Below are positions 30,571-44,268 of a stretch of DNA of 64,000 bases, one piece after another. The notes below the pieces were generated by a model. The model had not been told where the DNA came from. It saw only the letters and a list, made by a program, of their open reading frames with translations, and made no database searches. Where the stretch lies: the NCBI RefSeq assembly GCF_009914755.1, contig NC_060931.1. One strand, given 5' to 3'. The translations under genes and the position numbers were made by a program. How positions within the stretch are numbered: position 1 is the first letter of the stretch; every line of letters begins with the position of its first letter. This stretch comes from the human T2T-CHM13v2.0 reference genome, Homo sapiens.

Positions 30571-32216
30571 TGATTTTCATAGTTGGCTTTCACTTCTGAT
30601 CTTTGCCATAATCAATGACATGTCATCCTCTTGGCTATCTTCCCATTTGTCATTTCTGGAATAGAGCTGTTGAGTTGTGCATTGAGACTTAGGAGGAGTC
30701 AGGAACATGTATTGATTTTTATGACATGGGTAGCACTAAGGTCCCTTTGAGGCTCCTTGATTATTCTCAGTCTGAGTAGGTTTCTCTCTTTATAAAGTAG
30801 GTAAGAGTTTAGCAAAAAAGGAAGAGAGGGTGCTGCAACCTCCTTGTTAGTTTAAACATGAAAGGCATGCCTGTGTGTGTGCCATTGTTATTCCTATAAG
30901 CATTTTTTCCAGATAACTACATCCAAAGGATAGTGATGAGTAGAAGTCTATTTCTGAAAAATGTAATTTGCTCTGATCTTGAGGAAAAAGACCTTCTCTT
31001 CTGAGATGTTAGGTTGCCTCATGATTTGCGATAATCAATTTGATAATTGTTGTTGACTTACTGGTTCAGCTCATGAATAGTGTCCCAGATTTAGACTAGT
31101 ATGGCACAAGGATTTTAATCAAGTAGTGCTTTCTTTCCCATGGAGCATTTATCTTGTTTGACTGTTCTGGACTTCAGCCAGCTGCCAGACAGGCATTTTT
31201 CATGTGTATATGTGTAGGAGAATGTGTTGCTTAAGTGTTCAATGGGGAAGTTTCCAACCCCCTAAAGCTCATGGTTACCTTGCCTTTTACCACTGTACTG
31301 TTAGAGACACTGAGAATGGATCGCTGTCTCTCTTTTTCTCTAAGAATCCGTTTGATGGGAAGCATGAATCTTAGTTACTATGAATACTGTTTTCATCCCA
31401 GCCTACCTCACTGCTTCTGAATGAGAGGAGCCCCTTTGGCTGCTCTGAAAACTCTTGAAATACTTGATGGCTTGTTATGTTTTCATTATCTAATGTGCAT
31501 TAATTTAAATAAAATAGCTCTGTTGTTAGAAGAAGAGTCAAAAAGGAAAAGCTTGGCTGGGTGCAGACTGCTTGTGTCACAGAAGTCAGGAAAGTTTGCA
31601 GAACTTGGTGTCCTCAGAGGGAGTTTTCAGTTCTGCTGGCTGGGCTGAAAACCTGAAACTCTAAAATCCAGTGACTATTCCCCTAGCATATACGATGTGA
31701 TATTTTGATGCTCACTTACTCTATCACCTGTTTAATTAGCTTGAGAGACTGAAAGGATTTGAAGGCCCTTCGCATCTATGTGACTGAGTTCTGAGAGTCG
31801 AAATGTCCATGATTTGGCACTCTGGAGGATAGAGCACACAGACTTTGTGTTGATGCACCAAAAAAGGTTTTTAAACTGCTATTCCGTTTTATGTGTTTTT
31901 ATTATTTCTATAATGATTCCTGCTGACATGAAGTAGTATTTGTCTCCATTGACCACATCCTGCTGTTCTAGATTTCCCTGGGTAGGAACAGTATGCCCCA
32001 GGTATCATCTCATCCCCAAAATGAACATAGAGCAGGAGTTGCTGTACTAGTGCCTGGAGAAGGCTGGCCACTTCTCAAGGTTAAGAAACTGTGAGCTCTG
32101 AATCTTACATAACCTATTTAAAGATAAACTACTTTTGGCTTCCTGGGACAGGGTTATAGGGACTATGTGAGATAGCCTAGGCGTCGCTTTTTTTTTTTTT
32201 TTTTAATGAATATTAA

Positions 32217-32626
<410 letters not shown>

Positions 32627-32868
32627 TGAAAGTCTCATTTTCCAAGCACCCTTTTAACTGAGTATTTAAGTTAATCTGGAAACTGTCGATTAACTATATT
32701 TCTTCTACTGAGGCCTCATGGGTATCATGTCTATGTCTTGGTTTCAGAAATGTCTATAAATAGGGTTATTTGCTTAGCTTCCTGCCAAACTTTTTGTCCT
32801 AGACTATAAAGAAAGAAACGTTGGGTTTTATTACTTTCCAGTTACTCTTTTCCTCTTTTCTCCATCAG

Positions 32869-33010
32869 GATACCCAAAAAGCAAAGCAGTTCCTGCCTTT
32901 TCTTCAGCGGGCAGGTCGTTCTGAAGCTGTGGTGGAATACGTCTTCAGTGGTTCTCGTCTCAAACTCTATTTGCCAAAGGAAACTTGCCTTATCACCTTC
33001 TTGCTTGCAG
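32869..33010 (+). CDS. SND1: SND1 internal coding exon (probably exon 15), 142 bp, starts phase 0, ends phase 1
   Basis: Acceptor ctcttttcctcttttctccatcAG (AG 32867-32868); donor CAG|GTAAGT at 33011. Encodes [47 protein letters not shown]+G within ORF 32821..33093, continuing the previous exon in frame. Confidence 0.98.
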
Positions 33011-34814
33011 GTAAGTCTTATGTGTTACATGTTACTCTGAGCTCAGAAGTCATCCCTGGAAACCACATACCCTCCTTTCCCCCTGTGTTCTAGATAGGCC
33101 CTAGAGCCCACCAGCATGCTCTTCCTCTCTGGTTGGGATATGCAAACACAGTTTCTAGATTGGATCCTCCTGTGCCTGCAGACCCAGCACTGCACCCCCT
33201 TTCTGCTCCTCATTTCTACCAAGCACAGGATGTAGGAGTAGAGCAACTTGCAAGCACGCAGCCCTTATAGAGCTAGAGCAAAGGAAGTTCCAGACTAGGA
33301 AAATACCAGCCATGGAATTCTCAGAGTTGGCCTTCATTACCCACTTGAAACAGACTGCCCATGCTATGTTAGTTGTGGGGAGGCCTCAGAGGAGCCAAGA
33401 CACTCTTCCCCTGTAGCTCCCCAAGCAGTGCCCTTTGTCTCCCTTTCATTCTTTTCAAATGCCATTAAGATCCCAGTCCTTTATGAAACCCCAGCCATGA
33501 CGTTGCTTTCACACGCTCTTCCCACATCGATAGTATTTCTTGTTGTGCTAAGGTTGACGTGCTAAGGCAAAGATGCTCCTTTCTTTGCTGACTTAATGTG
33601 TGTCTTACCCTATCTTTTCTGGTAGCTTAATATTTCACAAGCCAGAAGGCTATGTATAAACTGTGCTCTTTGAGCAATTTACATTTATGCATTCAAGGAA
33701 CAAACTGCTTCATTTCTTTGCTGCTGGCAAATAATAGTTATTTATTTCCAGTTGGTACTTCACAGAGACTGCAGTCTTTGAGGGAAAGCTGTCATTTTAC
33801 TTCCACCACCACCCCCACCCCGCCCAGCCACCCTTGCACACACAAATATTCATTCACTTGCAAAAGACATATCCCGCCGTGGTCCCCAGATGCACATGGT
33901 CCCCACCTTGCCTTTTTTGCTAGTGTCCTGTTGTCTCAGCACTTCTTACATTGAATTACTGAATAGAATTTGCTATGGGGAAAGAGAAACGGGAGTCATG
34001 CTTGCTGCCTCCTGCCAGATCGCCTTGGCCTCCTTTTCCTAGAAGGCACAGGTAGTTTCTTGTCTGGATAAGGGTCTCCCTCAGGCCCCAACTAAATGGA
34101 TTGAGTTATGAGAGATAAATCACTCCCTGAACACATGACCATGGAGCTCACTGCTGCTGCTTGGCTGTCACTTCTCATTGTGGCTCTTGTACATACTCTT
34201 ATGAACTTGATCACTGCACAGCTCTGCAGGCCTTCTGAAGGGACTCATTGAAGTGTGACACCAAGCTCAGGGCAGCTACGCAAAAGAAGAGATGCAAAAA
34301 AATTCATACCTTATTGGAGGGCTGTGGTTTTATTTTTGCTAATGTGAGTTATGGTAAACTGAAAGGCAGTGTGGCAGTTGTGTGAGAGAGTCCTTTTATG
34401 CAGCCATTTGTACCTTTTTACCAAGGTTTCTATACCCATGAAGTTTCTTGGTAGTGAACTTTTGCTAGAGAGTTGGAGGCACAGGCATATCCAGGTTTAT
34501 TGCACTTCTTTTTATTGTGCTTCAGATATTGCATTTTTTTTATAGATAGGAGGATTGTGACAACCTGTGTTAAGCAAGTATGTCAGTGCCATTTCTCCAG
34601 CAGCATGTGTCTATCACATTTGGTAATTTTCACATTTCAAACTTTATTATTATTATATCTGTTATGGTGATCTGTGACCAGTGATGTTTGATGTTATTAT
34701 TTCAATTGTTTCGGGTCGCCATGAACCACAGTCATATAAGATGGTAAACTTAATTGATAAATGTTGTATGTGTTCTGACTGCTCCACCCATTGAATGATA
34801 AGAAAACCAAACAA

Positions 34815-34922
34815 AGCTTGGTGCAGTGGTGCATGCCTGTACTCCCAGCTACTCAGCAGGCTGAGCCCAGGAGTTGCAGATCAGCCTGGGCAACATAATG
34901 AGACCCTGTCTCAAAATAGAAA
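34815..34922 (+). mobile_element. FLAM_A-like Alu monomer inserted into Tigger1
   Basis: ggtgcagtggtgcatgcctgtactcccagctactc...gcctgggcaacataatgagaccctgtctc; degenerate TSD aagaaaaccaaaca/aagaaattgaagca. Confidence 0.85.
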
Positions 34923-34935
34923 AGAAATTGAAGCA

Positions 34936-36130
34936 GCCTTATTGCTTATATGGAAAAATTTTAGTGGTCTGGATAGAAGATCAAACCAGTCACAATATTT
35001 CCTTAAGCCAAAGTCTAATCCAGAGAAAGACCTCTGGATTTGACTCTCCTCAATTCTGTGAACACTGAGAGGTAAAGAAGCTGCAGAAGAAAAATTTGAA
35101 GCTGTTAGAGGTTGGTTCATGAGGTTTAAGGAGAGAAGCCATCTTCATAACATAAAAGTACAGGGTGAAGCAGCAAGTGCTGATGTAGAAGCTGCAACAA
35201 GTTATTCAGAAGATCCAGCTAAGATCACTGGTGAAGGTGGCTACACCAAACACCAGATTTTCAGTGTAGATGAAACAGCCTTCTACTGGAAGAAGATGCC
35301 ATTCCAGGATTTTGGTAGCTAGAGAGAAGTCAGTGCCTGCCTTCTGAGTTTCAAAAGACAGGTTGACTCTGTTGTTAAGACCTTATGCAGCTGGTGACTT
35401 TAAGTTAAAGCCATTGCTCATTGACCATTCCAAAAAACCTAAGGCTCTTAAGAATGATGCTAAATCTACTCTGCCTGTGCTCTGTAAAAGGAACAGCAAA
35501 GCCTGTATGACGGCACATCTGGTGACAGCCTGGTTTATGGAATATTTTAAGCCCTTTGTTGAGACCTACTGCTCAGAAAAAAAAAGATTTTTTTGCAAAA
35601 TATTACTGCTCATTCACAGTTCTGCAGCTAGCTGGTCACCCAAGAGCTCTGAAAGAGTTGTACAAGAAGATTGTACATGCCTGCTAACATAGCATTCATT
35701 CTGCAACCCATGTATCAAGGAGTAATTTTGATTTTCAAACCTTACTATTTAAGAAATATGTTTTGTAAGCCTAAAGCTGCCATAAATAGTGATTCTTCTG
35801 ATGGATCTGGGAAGCAAATTGAAAACTTTCTGGAATGGATTCACCACTTTAAATGCCATTGAGAACATTTGTGATTCATGGGAGGAGGTTGAAACAGCAA
35901 CCAGCATAAACAGGGATTTGAAGGAAGTTGATTCCAAGCCTCCTGGTTGACTTTGAAGAGTTCAAGACTTCAATGGAGGAAGTAACTGCAGATATGATAG
36001 AAATAGCAAAAGAACTAGAATTAGAAGTAGAGCCTGGGGATAAAACTGAGTTACTGAAATCTCATGAAAAGAATTTGAACAGATGAAGAGTTGCATCTTA
36101 TAAATGAGCAGAGAAAGTTATTTCATGAAA
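34936..36130 (+). pseudogene. Frameshifted Tigger1 transposase remnant (CENP-B-type HTH plus DDE_1, TIGD1-like)
   Basis: ORF pieces in different frames: LVVWIEDQTSHNISLSQSLIQ; [26 protein letters not shown]...[14 protein letters not shown]; [12 protein letters not shown]...[17 protein letters not shown]; [16 protein letters not shown]...FKPYYLRN. N-terminus deleted; several stops and frameshifts. Confidence 0.9.
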
Positions 36131-37164
36131 TGGAATCTAGTCCCGGCAAAGATGCTGTGAACATTGTAGAAATGACAACAAAGGATTCAGAATATTACCT
36201 AAACTTGATGAAACAGCATCAGGGTTTGAGAGAATGGACTCTAATTTTGAAAGAAGTTCTACAGTGAATGAAATGCTATCCCACAGCATTCCATGCTACA
36301 GAGAAATACTTTGTGAAAGGAAGAGCCAGTTGATGGAACAAACCTCATTGTTTTTTTTGCCACAGCCACCACCTCCATCAGCAACCACCACCCTGATCAG
36401 TCAGCAGCCACAAACATGGAAGCAAGACCCTCCAGCAGCAAAAAGATTATGACGCACTGAAGGCTCAGATGATCATTAGCATTTTTTAACAATAAAGTGC
36501 TTTTATTAAACTACAGTATAGGGTGAACACTTTTATATGCCCTGGGAAACTAAAAATTTGTGTGACTTGCTGTATTGCAATATTCACTTCATTGCAGTGG
36601 TCTGGAACTAAACTTGCAGTATCTCTGAGGTATGCCTGTATATATTCATCTCATCCTCTGCTCTGTAGCATCTCATCTTCTGCTCTGAGAAAGAAAAGCA
36701 TCCTTTTGGCAATGTAGAGCTTTATCCCAGAGGTGAAAAAGAGAAACAGTATTATTCTTCCTGGGAAACATGGCCACAAATGTATAGGGGAAAGAGAACA
36801 TTGAAGTTTTGTCTTTTAAGCTCTAAACTACCTGAATGGAGCCGGCTCAGAGCACAGACCATCTTGGCTGGAGTTTTCCTGCAGAATTCTTCTAGTTTTA
36901 CGTTGCTTAGACACAAGCAGTCTGATCACTCGACTCTGCATCAGCCAGTTCCTGTGTGTATTTGGCATTATTTTAAGCTTAGCAATTCAAAAGGCATTGC
37001 CTGAGTTAACTTACATTGTGAAAGATAGATTACACAGAAGCAAATACGTGATAAAAATATAAGCCTTTTACATTTTTCTCCTGCCATAGTGTGTGCTGTT
37101 ATATTATGCATCTTTTGGTTTCTTCAGAAACCTGGCAAGAATACAGGACAGGGAAAAGTCTTAA

Positions 37165-37360
37165 GAGAAAGCAGATCTCAGTTTGCATCATGGCTCTACT
37201 GTGTATAAGCAGGTGACTTTAACAAGGTTATTTACCCTCTTCAAGCCTCAGTTTACACATCAATTATAACTGGGAATTGTTTCCTGCCTCATGATTGTCG
37301 CAGTTTAATGAGTTGACTCTGAAACAAGCCCATTATTAAGCAGATCATCAATAAATATGA
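37165..37360 (+). mobile_element. MIR
   Basis: ggctctact...gtgactttaacaaggttatttaccctcttcaagcctcagttt. Confidence 0.65.
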
Positions 37361-37699
37361 TCCTTCCCCTTGCAAAGAGTTAGTGTTTTTATAACTAGAG
37401 TTTACCTTGCCCCTCAATTTGGAGTGGCATGATTTTGCAGCATGTGTGCACATAGCTATGGCTCTACCATAGAAATTGTGACCTACCCATTACTGGAAAT
37501 AAATCAAGAAAAGGAGCTATGCCAGCCTTCTTCTGACTAAGCTTGCTGGAAGGAAGGCTCCTGGCTTTTCCCTCTGAGACTTTGGAGCAAGGAACTCTGC
37601 ACTGTCCTAAAACCCCATCCCAAAGAATACACAAGTAAGACACAGTCCTAGGTATCAGGAAACACCCAAGGGAATACAGACATGTAAACAAAATGTAAA

Positions 37700-38900
37700 G
37701 TTGAGTACTAGATGAGAGAATAGAATTATGGACAAGGTCTAGAAGTAGCACTGAGGAGGGAATGATTATTTCTTTAGGTGGACATCAGAGAACACCTCCC
37801 TAGGTGCTGGTATCTTGAGCTGTGTTTTGAAGTACATATAAGAGTTTACTGTGTTGGGGGAGGGGAGTAGGAGGAGATGCACATTCTAGCTAGAGACAGC
37901 AGCGTGTGCAGAGTTGTAGAGGTATGAATATCTGCATGGATCTGGGCAACCACATAGCCCTTGTTACTGGTGGAGTATAAAGAGTGAGGAGGGTAGAGTG
38001 TGGGGTCAGGCTGACAGCTCAGACACGAGCTAGTCCTTCTCTTTCAGATTATGCAGTGGACCCTCAGAGTCACTGGAAGGTATTAAGCAAGGGGGCAGCA
38101 TGCTCAGACTCGGGTTAAGTAAATTCATTTTGGTGGATGCATTGAAATAAATGAGGCGCAAGAATCTGGGAGAGCAATTAAGAGGCAAGAGAATAGTAGA
38201 GGTCTGAAATCTGGGGAGAAAACTGGATAGATTTGGAAAAGTAGGAGGTAGACTTGAAATTCGGGGAATGCCTGGTCTCTTTTTGGTCAGGAGTGGGGGG
38301 TGGTGTTGAGTGGAGGGGAGAAAATGAAAGCATCCTAGGTTTGAGCAATCTGGTAGATTGAGATGTCCACAATTAAGAGCAACACAAAAGTAAGAATAGG
38401 TTTTAGGAATAGGTTGTTCGTTTGGTTTTGGAATATCCATGAGAATGTTCAAGCTCAGCAGAGGAGCCTACGCAAGTATTCAGGTCAGGGAGCCATCAGC
38501 ATAGAGGCAGTAATTAAAACTGTTACAGTGCCTAGAGGACAGGTTTACAAGGAGTAAGCACCCTGGAAGACACCAACCTGCATGGAGCGGGCTGAGTGTT
38601 CATATATGGGCAGAGAAGATACGGTCAGAGCAGTAAGACAGTCATGAGATAGCATTCTTCTGGAAGCCAAGGGAGTGAAGAATTCCCAGGCACCAGCAGT
38701 GTCAGAGTTTACATAAAACATCAAGTATATAAAAACTGTAAAGGGCTTTTATGCTGTTTATCAACTAGTAAGTCACAGGTAACCTCTCGGTACAGTTTCA
38801 TCAGAGTTGAGTTGATTAAAGGTAGATTACAGGTGACTGGGAAGTAAAAGTGGGAAGTAAGAAACAGACTTAGTAAGTACAGATTGCACTTCCCTGATAT
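37700..38900 (-). mobile_element. Degraded L2 fragment(s)
   Basis: Purine-rich L2-like motifs (cttgagctgtgttttgaag, gagtcactggaaggtattaagcaaggg, gagccatcagcatagaggcagtaattaaaac); approximate. Confidence 0.6.
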
Positions 38901-40202
38901 CTAACAGAGAATGGAAAAGTAGTGCAGAAAGTAAAAGCCAAAGGGTGAAGGTAACATTCCGAGGATGTCAGCATCTTGTGCGCTTTTAGAACTGTAATTC
39001 TTATTCAAGAATCAAGAAGGTATGGATAGCTGAAAAGGCTATTCAGTACACCTATTGTTTTCATAATATAAATTTTAGAATGTAAAACTCAACAAAATAT
39101 TGGCAAATGAGGTTATAAAAAAAGATAGAGTGAGAGATTATCCTGGGGAACATGAGGTTTGAAATATTGAGAAGCACTCGTCTGAATTCTGAAGAGAAGG
39201 AATCAGGAAAGGCTGCACAGGGATAATGAATGGAGCAGTGACCTAGAAGAAGCAGAAGGGATGAGATGCATGGAGAACGTGGTTTGAGGGAGTAGGCTTG
39301 GAGAGAGAAAGATCCCTTGGTCTTTTAAAACTACCTACAAAGCTGAAAGTGAGTAGGCATGCTATTCATGTTGTGGGATTGTTCGCCTGGGCAGCGATTG
39401 TCCTGCTAGAGCTTTGCAGATATCTGCCGTATGCACCCTCCATTATGTAAGTGTGGCATTCTGCTGGAAATGTCTCTTTGCAGTAAGGAGGGGGTTTGGG
39501 TTGTGATTCTCAAGGGGAAAGTCAAGATAATTATTGGGAGCAGTCCCTTATGTGCTGCTCTCATTAATCCCAGCCTTTTGGAGAGCCTTCTGTACTTCAA
39601 GGTGGGGTGGACACTTTCCATTTTTATGTGGCCTTTTTTCAGGCAGACGGCCCCACAGCTTGATAGGGAGTGGCATTTGGCCCAAGCCAGCTGGCTGTTC
39701 TGTCACGGTTCCTGCACCCCTGTATGTAGAATGATCGCTTGGTCAGATGGGATAGCAGGTGGGGCTAGAGAAGTCAGCTGTAGCCAACAGGTCAGTGCCT
39801 CCTGAACGCTCTTGCCCTCTAGTCCTTTAAGCACCTGCCTTAGGCTTGGCTGGTGAGCAGGTGACCTTACAGCATCAGAACTGAGACTGTTCAAGGTCTC
39901 TCTGCCTGCTGCTGTGGCCTCCTCCTAAGCGTGCTGATTTCAGTCTCGGAGGCAGTCACAGACACTTCTTGTCCATAGTTAGCAAGGAAGCCAAGATCCC
40001 TGGGCAGCCTGCATTTGTTAAAAAGCATCCTTTTTCCTCATCTGGCCTTTAGTGAGCCCCACACGTTTCCTTCCATGAGAGCAAAAGTGGTTCACGCAGT
40101 TTTTATTTTCACTTGTCATGTGTGTCCCATTTTACTTTAGTATTTTGTCTAGGGGGAGATTGAGTCACATATTTGGAAATTATTTGGCTCTCAAGTCATG
40201 CT

Positions 40203-40529
40203 TTTATTTTTTACTTTCTTTTTCTTTTTTCTCTTGTTTCTTTTCTTGGAGACAGGGTCTTACTCTGTTGCCCAGGCTACAGTGCAGTGGCCCCATCATA
40301 GCTCACTGTAATCTCGAACTCCTGGGCTCAAGTAATCCTCCCTCAGATCCTGAGTATCTGAGACAGCAGGTGCATGCCACCACACCTGGCTAATATTGTT
40401 TTATTTTTTGTAGAGACAGGGTCTCAACTGTGTTGCCCAGGCTGGTCTTAGGGTCCTGGCCTCAAGCAGTCCTCTTGCCTTAGTCTCCCAAAGTGCTAGG
40501 ATTATAAGCATGAACCATGACACATGGCC
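40203..40529 (-). mobile_element. AluJ
   Basis: gagacagggtcttactctgttgcccagg...atcatagctcactg...ctcctgggctcaag. Confidence 0.88.
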
Positions 40530-41082
40530 TCACATTTTTACCTAAAAGCCCCCAGTGGGTGTGGAGTATTTGTCTTATTACTATGAACTTTATATTGAGT
40601 GTCCTTATTGTAATTCCCTTATTAGATCTTAGGTATCAGGGTCATGCTGCAGGCACAGTTCAGGAAGTGGCCCTGTTGGATGAGCATAGCAGGTATCAAG
40701 GCATGGTGCCTGTAAACCAAATACTTTTCTCCTGAATTGGAAGAGAATAATAATTTGAGATTTCAGTGCAAAGTGATCTAAGGAGCCTTATATCAGATAT
40801 TTGGAGTCTTCTGTCAACTCACTGAGTGAGTCCACCATGCCGTGTTTGCATTTCCTTAGTGTTAAAGGTGGTACCGCAGTAAGTTTGAGGAATTACAGGG
40901 TGAGGCAGGCAGGAAATGGATGCCAGTCACCTTGCATGGAACTCATAGTACAAACCATCTAGAAGGCAGCAGCCACTTGGCAGGGAGTTCCCATGTGGAT
41001 CACAGCAGGTGACTTATAATTAACCAGTTACCTATTCATATGAAATAAGACAAGAAAATGAGACTTCCCTTTTCCTGCCCTT

Positions 41083-41200
41083 TAGCATTTTTCTTTCCCT
41101 CCCCCTTCCTCTCTTTCCGTCTCCCAACCCTTCTCCCTTCTCCTCTCCCTCTCCCTCCCCCTGTCCCTTCTCCTCTCTCTCTCCCTCTCCCTCCCTTTCT
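41083..41200. repeat. CT-rich low-complexity polypyrimidine tract
   Basis: About 115 nt almost purely C/T, with a repeated cccttctcctctc...ccctctccctccc unit. Confidence 0.9.
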
Positions 41201-42769
41201 GGAGCTGGATTATGACAAAGGAGGCATTGAGAAAAGTTCTAAGTGTCTAGGATTTGATAAATGGTGGTGGGCTTGTGCATGGTGAACTAAAGGTTTGGCT
41301 GTGTGTCCTTTCACCCTGAATGCCTTTGAATGAAGTTCCTCATTTCCTTCTTTTCCTTTAAGATCTCTTCTCTAGCCAATCCTCATTGGAATATCAACTG
41401 CCTGTTTCAATAGACCAAAAACTTCTAATGAGAGGAGGGAAGGGAAGGTGAACAGGAATATCCTTCTCATCTCCTGGTCCCAGGAATGGTGGATCCCCAT
41501 TGATTACCAGTGCCTAACTAAATTACACAATTAAAGCCAATGTATGTTTAAGTGAGAAATCCCATTCTGCTATCACAGAGGTGCTAATGAATCAGGCTGT
41601 TATTGTGGTTGTGTTTGCTAGGCTTCTATCCTTAATTAAGCAATTACAGGGTCTGCTGATACTTATGAATTCCTTTCAGATGCTTTAATTGAATTGCAAC
41701 TTAATGGATATTTGTAAAGTGGGGTATTCTTTCTCTTGGGATATCCCAGTTTGATTCTGTCTCCATTGCCTACTTTCTGTTGGGTCCCATTACTAGAAAT
41801 GGGCAGCTTAACATGAGACTTTCCTGGAGCTGCTCTAGTTCTTTACTTTTAAAGATATCATTATAGGAATTATAAGAATTATGTTCATGTCCGGGGATCC
41901 TGGAGAGTCACTTACAGGAAAGAATTAACACAATGAACAGATTTGGGTAGTGTTTTTTAATGAGTACAAGATTTTTACAAGCACAGATTAAGAAAAGTAG
42001 TCTTCAATAGATAAATTTTGGATGATACATAAATTAGTAGGATAACTTCTCCCTCGAATATCTTTTAGTCTAGTTATGTAGATGGCCATACAAATAATGT
42101 AAACAAGGAAATATGAAAGAGCAGTTATCAAAAGCATAGGCCACCTAGTATGAGAATACAGAGCAAATAACAATTGTTGAATGGAAAAGTTTTCCTCAGG
42201 GCGATGGCATTTGAGTTTCCGAGAAGATCTGCTACATTTTCTTTGGGCAGACTGGGTTTGATTCATCTAGGCAGAAGAAGTTGGCCTGTATCAGATCTCA
42301 GGAAGAGTTGCCTAAAAGAAATGGACATATTAATCAATCATTTTTCTCTCCGCTTTTGTATTGGTGTGTAAATCTCCCTCTTAGCTCTTCTGCTATTGAG
42401 CCTTCACTGCTCCACCTTCAGCTCTCCGTCTATGCAGGCACACTGTCACCCACTGGTCATGTGAATGAAACCTCCAATTACACCAGGATTATTTTCATCT
42501 TTACACCATGAATCATCCCCAGAATGAGCCTCATCATACTTGTGGGTCATTCAATTACATGGTTATTTAATAATTTTTTTTTATATTCAGTGGGCACAAT
42601 GCTAGGAATACAGAAATGGATGATACAGTTCCAGCCTTTGAGCAAAGTAATTGTGTCTACTGGAGTAAAGAATGTATTGACATGAAGAAAAAAATATTTT
42701 AAAAGCATAAGGGTAAGCAAAACATGGCTTAAATACTATACAAATGAGAACAGCTCAGATTTTATAAAA

Positions 42770-43020
42770 CAATAAGAGTAAATATGTAACTGCTGTCAAA
42801 AAGGCTGTTTCAAAACTCGGAAATACAGAACGCAGAGAGGAGTGGAGCCAGGTACTGACCCAGCCCAAGTCATTGCATTCCTGGTGGTACGGTGTACCAT
42901 CTGAGGACCATCCTTTTAGGAAGGACATCAGGAAACTGCAGGTGGTCAGATCAGAGGAGGATGAACAAAGATGCTAAGAGCCTCAGCATGCCAATACCTG
43001 AAGATTGGGAGTAGGAATTA
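42770..43020 (+). mobile_element. Possible L3/CR1 fragment
   Basis: ttttaggaaggacatcaggaaactg...cagaggaggatgaacaaagatg resembles the CR1 ORF2 3' region. Confidence 0.5.
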
Positions 43021-44254
43021 AAAGACAGACTTCCATGACATAATCTAGTGTTTCAGGGTAAAAGAGAGAGAAACATGATTTGTTCAGTACCCATTCCAGA
43101 GTAATAAATAAAGTCATCACTAAAAATAAGATTTGTTTGGCCTGGTTTAATGGCAGTCACAGACCTTGGAGCTAAAACACTTAAAGATGAATTCTTGCCC
43201 TCCTGCTTCCTAATTAATTATTTCCGTCAGACTGGCCTGCTTATCTTGGTGTGATGCTGGTGACCTGGAGGTGAGGGAGACAGCAAGGCCGATGTGGCAT
43301 TTATGTGCCAGCCTATCTAGGGCCTCCTATAACTAGCAAAAGATAGTCCTAGTGGTGTCATCGCCTTCTATGGAGTCAGACTGTGGAGGATGGTGTGGCC
43401 TCCTGATTGGGGTGTTCAGCCCTTACCATCTACTGGGTTTTATGTGCCAAGAAAAGATAGATGTTGATTTACCCTTGCTGTTAGATGATAGGCCTGTGGA
43501 TTAGCTTTGGATGGGTAGGTCAGTGAGGAGTTTCCTTCCTCCTGAATTCTCTGACTAGTGTTTCTACTCTTCTACTCTAAAGCGTTCTATTGTGCTTTTT
43601 ACTCTTATGCTTTCATGTTTTAATACTGATGAGACAAGGGGAGAAAACATCCTGGATAGAAAATGAGGCCTGTCCTATGCAGAGCTAATGAGGCCAGTGG
43701 AGTAGTAGAGAAGGTCAGTCCTGTGAGCTTTTCCCTAGGTGTTCCTTTTCGGGCCCTTCTCCTTCCCTCCTACTTTAAAGCGCGTTCTGTCTGAGTCTAT
43801 GCAGGGTTGTCTGGCTTGCCTTCCACCTGGTGGGCACTGGGGGATGGAATGGGAAACTTCCAGAAATCTGATGGCTTTTCTCTGTTGGATTATTTCCAAA
43901 AACAGCACCTGTCTCGTTGGTTGTGCCTAAATGCCTCAGTTCTAAGTCCCTTCTTGTGGCTTTCCCAGAGGAATACATTTCAGTGTAGATTATTCAACAC
44001 TATCTTGTCAACCTGTGGGCATTTCCCAGCAGCCACTTAGTAGTAATGTTGACAAGCTACTGTGCTACTCACCAGAACTCCAGCCCTGTGGGGGAGTCCA
44101 TTTGGTCAGACTAATAGTAGAAAATGGCAGGACCTGGATGCAGGAGAGGGAGTGTAAATGGTTTGGTAATTTGAAATTAAAGGTTAATGCTTTGAAATCT
44201 GGTAATGGGCAGCGCCAGGGTGAACAGTGCACACTGCTGTAAGACTTAATCCTG

Positions 44255-44268
44255 GTTGCTATGGAAAC
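44255..44268. promoter_or_regulatory. RFX X-box motif
   Basis: GTTGCTATGGAAAC, a close match to the palindromic RFX consensus, in apparently unique sequence. Motif match only. Confidence 0.45.

Larger units (their letters stand above)
34482..36638 (+). mobile_element. Tigger1 (TcMar-Tigger/pogo) DNA transposon, near full length, internally deleted
   Basis: TIRs CAGGCATATC ... GAGGTATGCCTG; TA target on the right, CA on the left; recognisable Tigger1 5' and 3' ends; transposase remnants inside. Confidence 0.93.

Noticed and set aside
32821-33093. 90-aa ORF as a standalone gene
   Set aside because: It is the SND1 exon plus read-through into flanking intron.
34874-35862. Transposase-like ORFs as a functional TIGD-type gene
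   Set aside because: Split across frames with stops, N-terminus deleted and interrupted by a FLAM.
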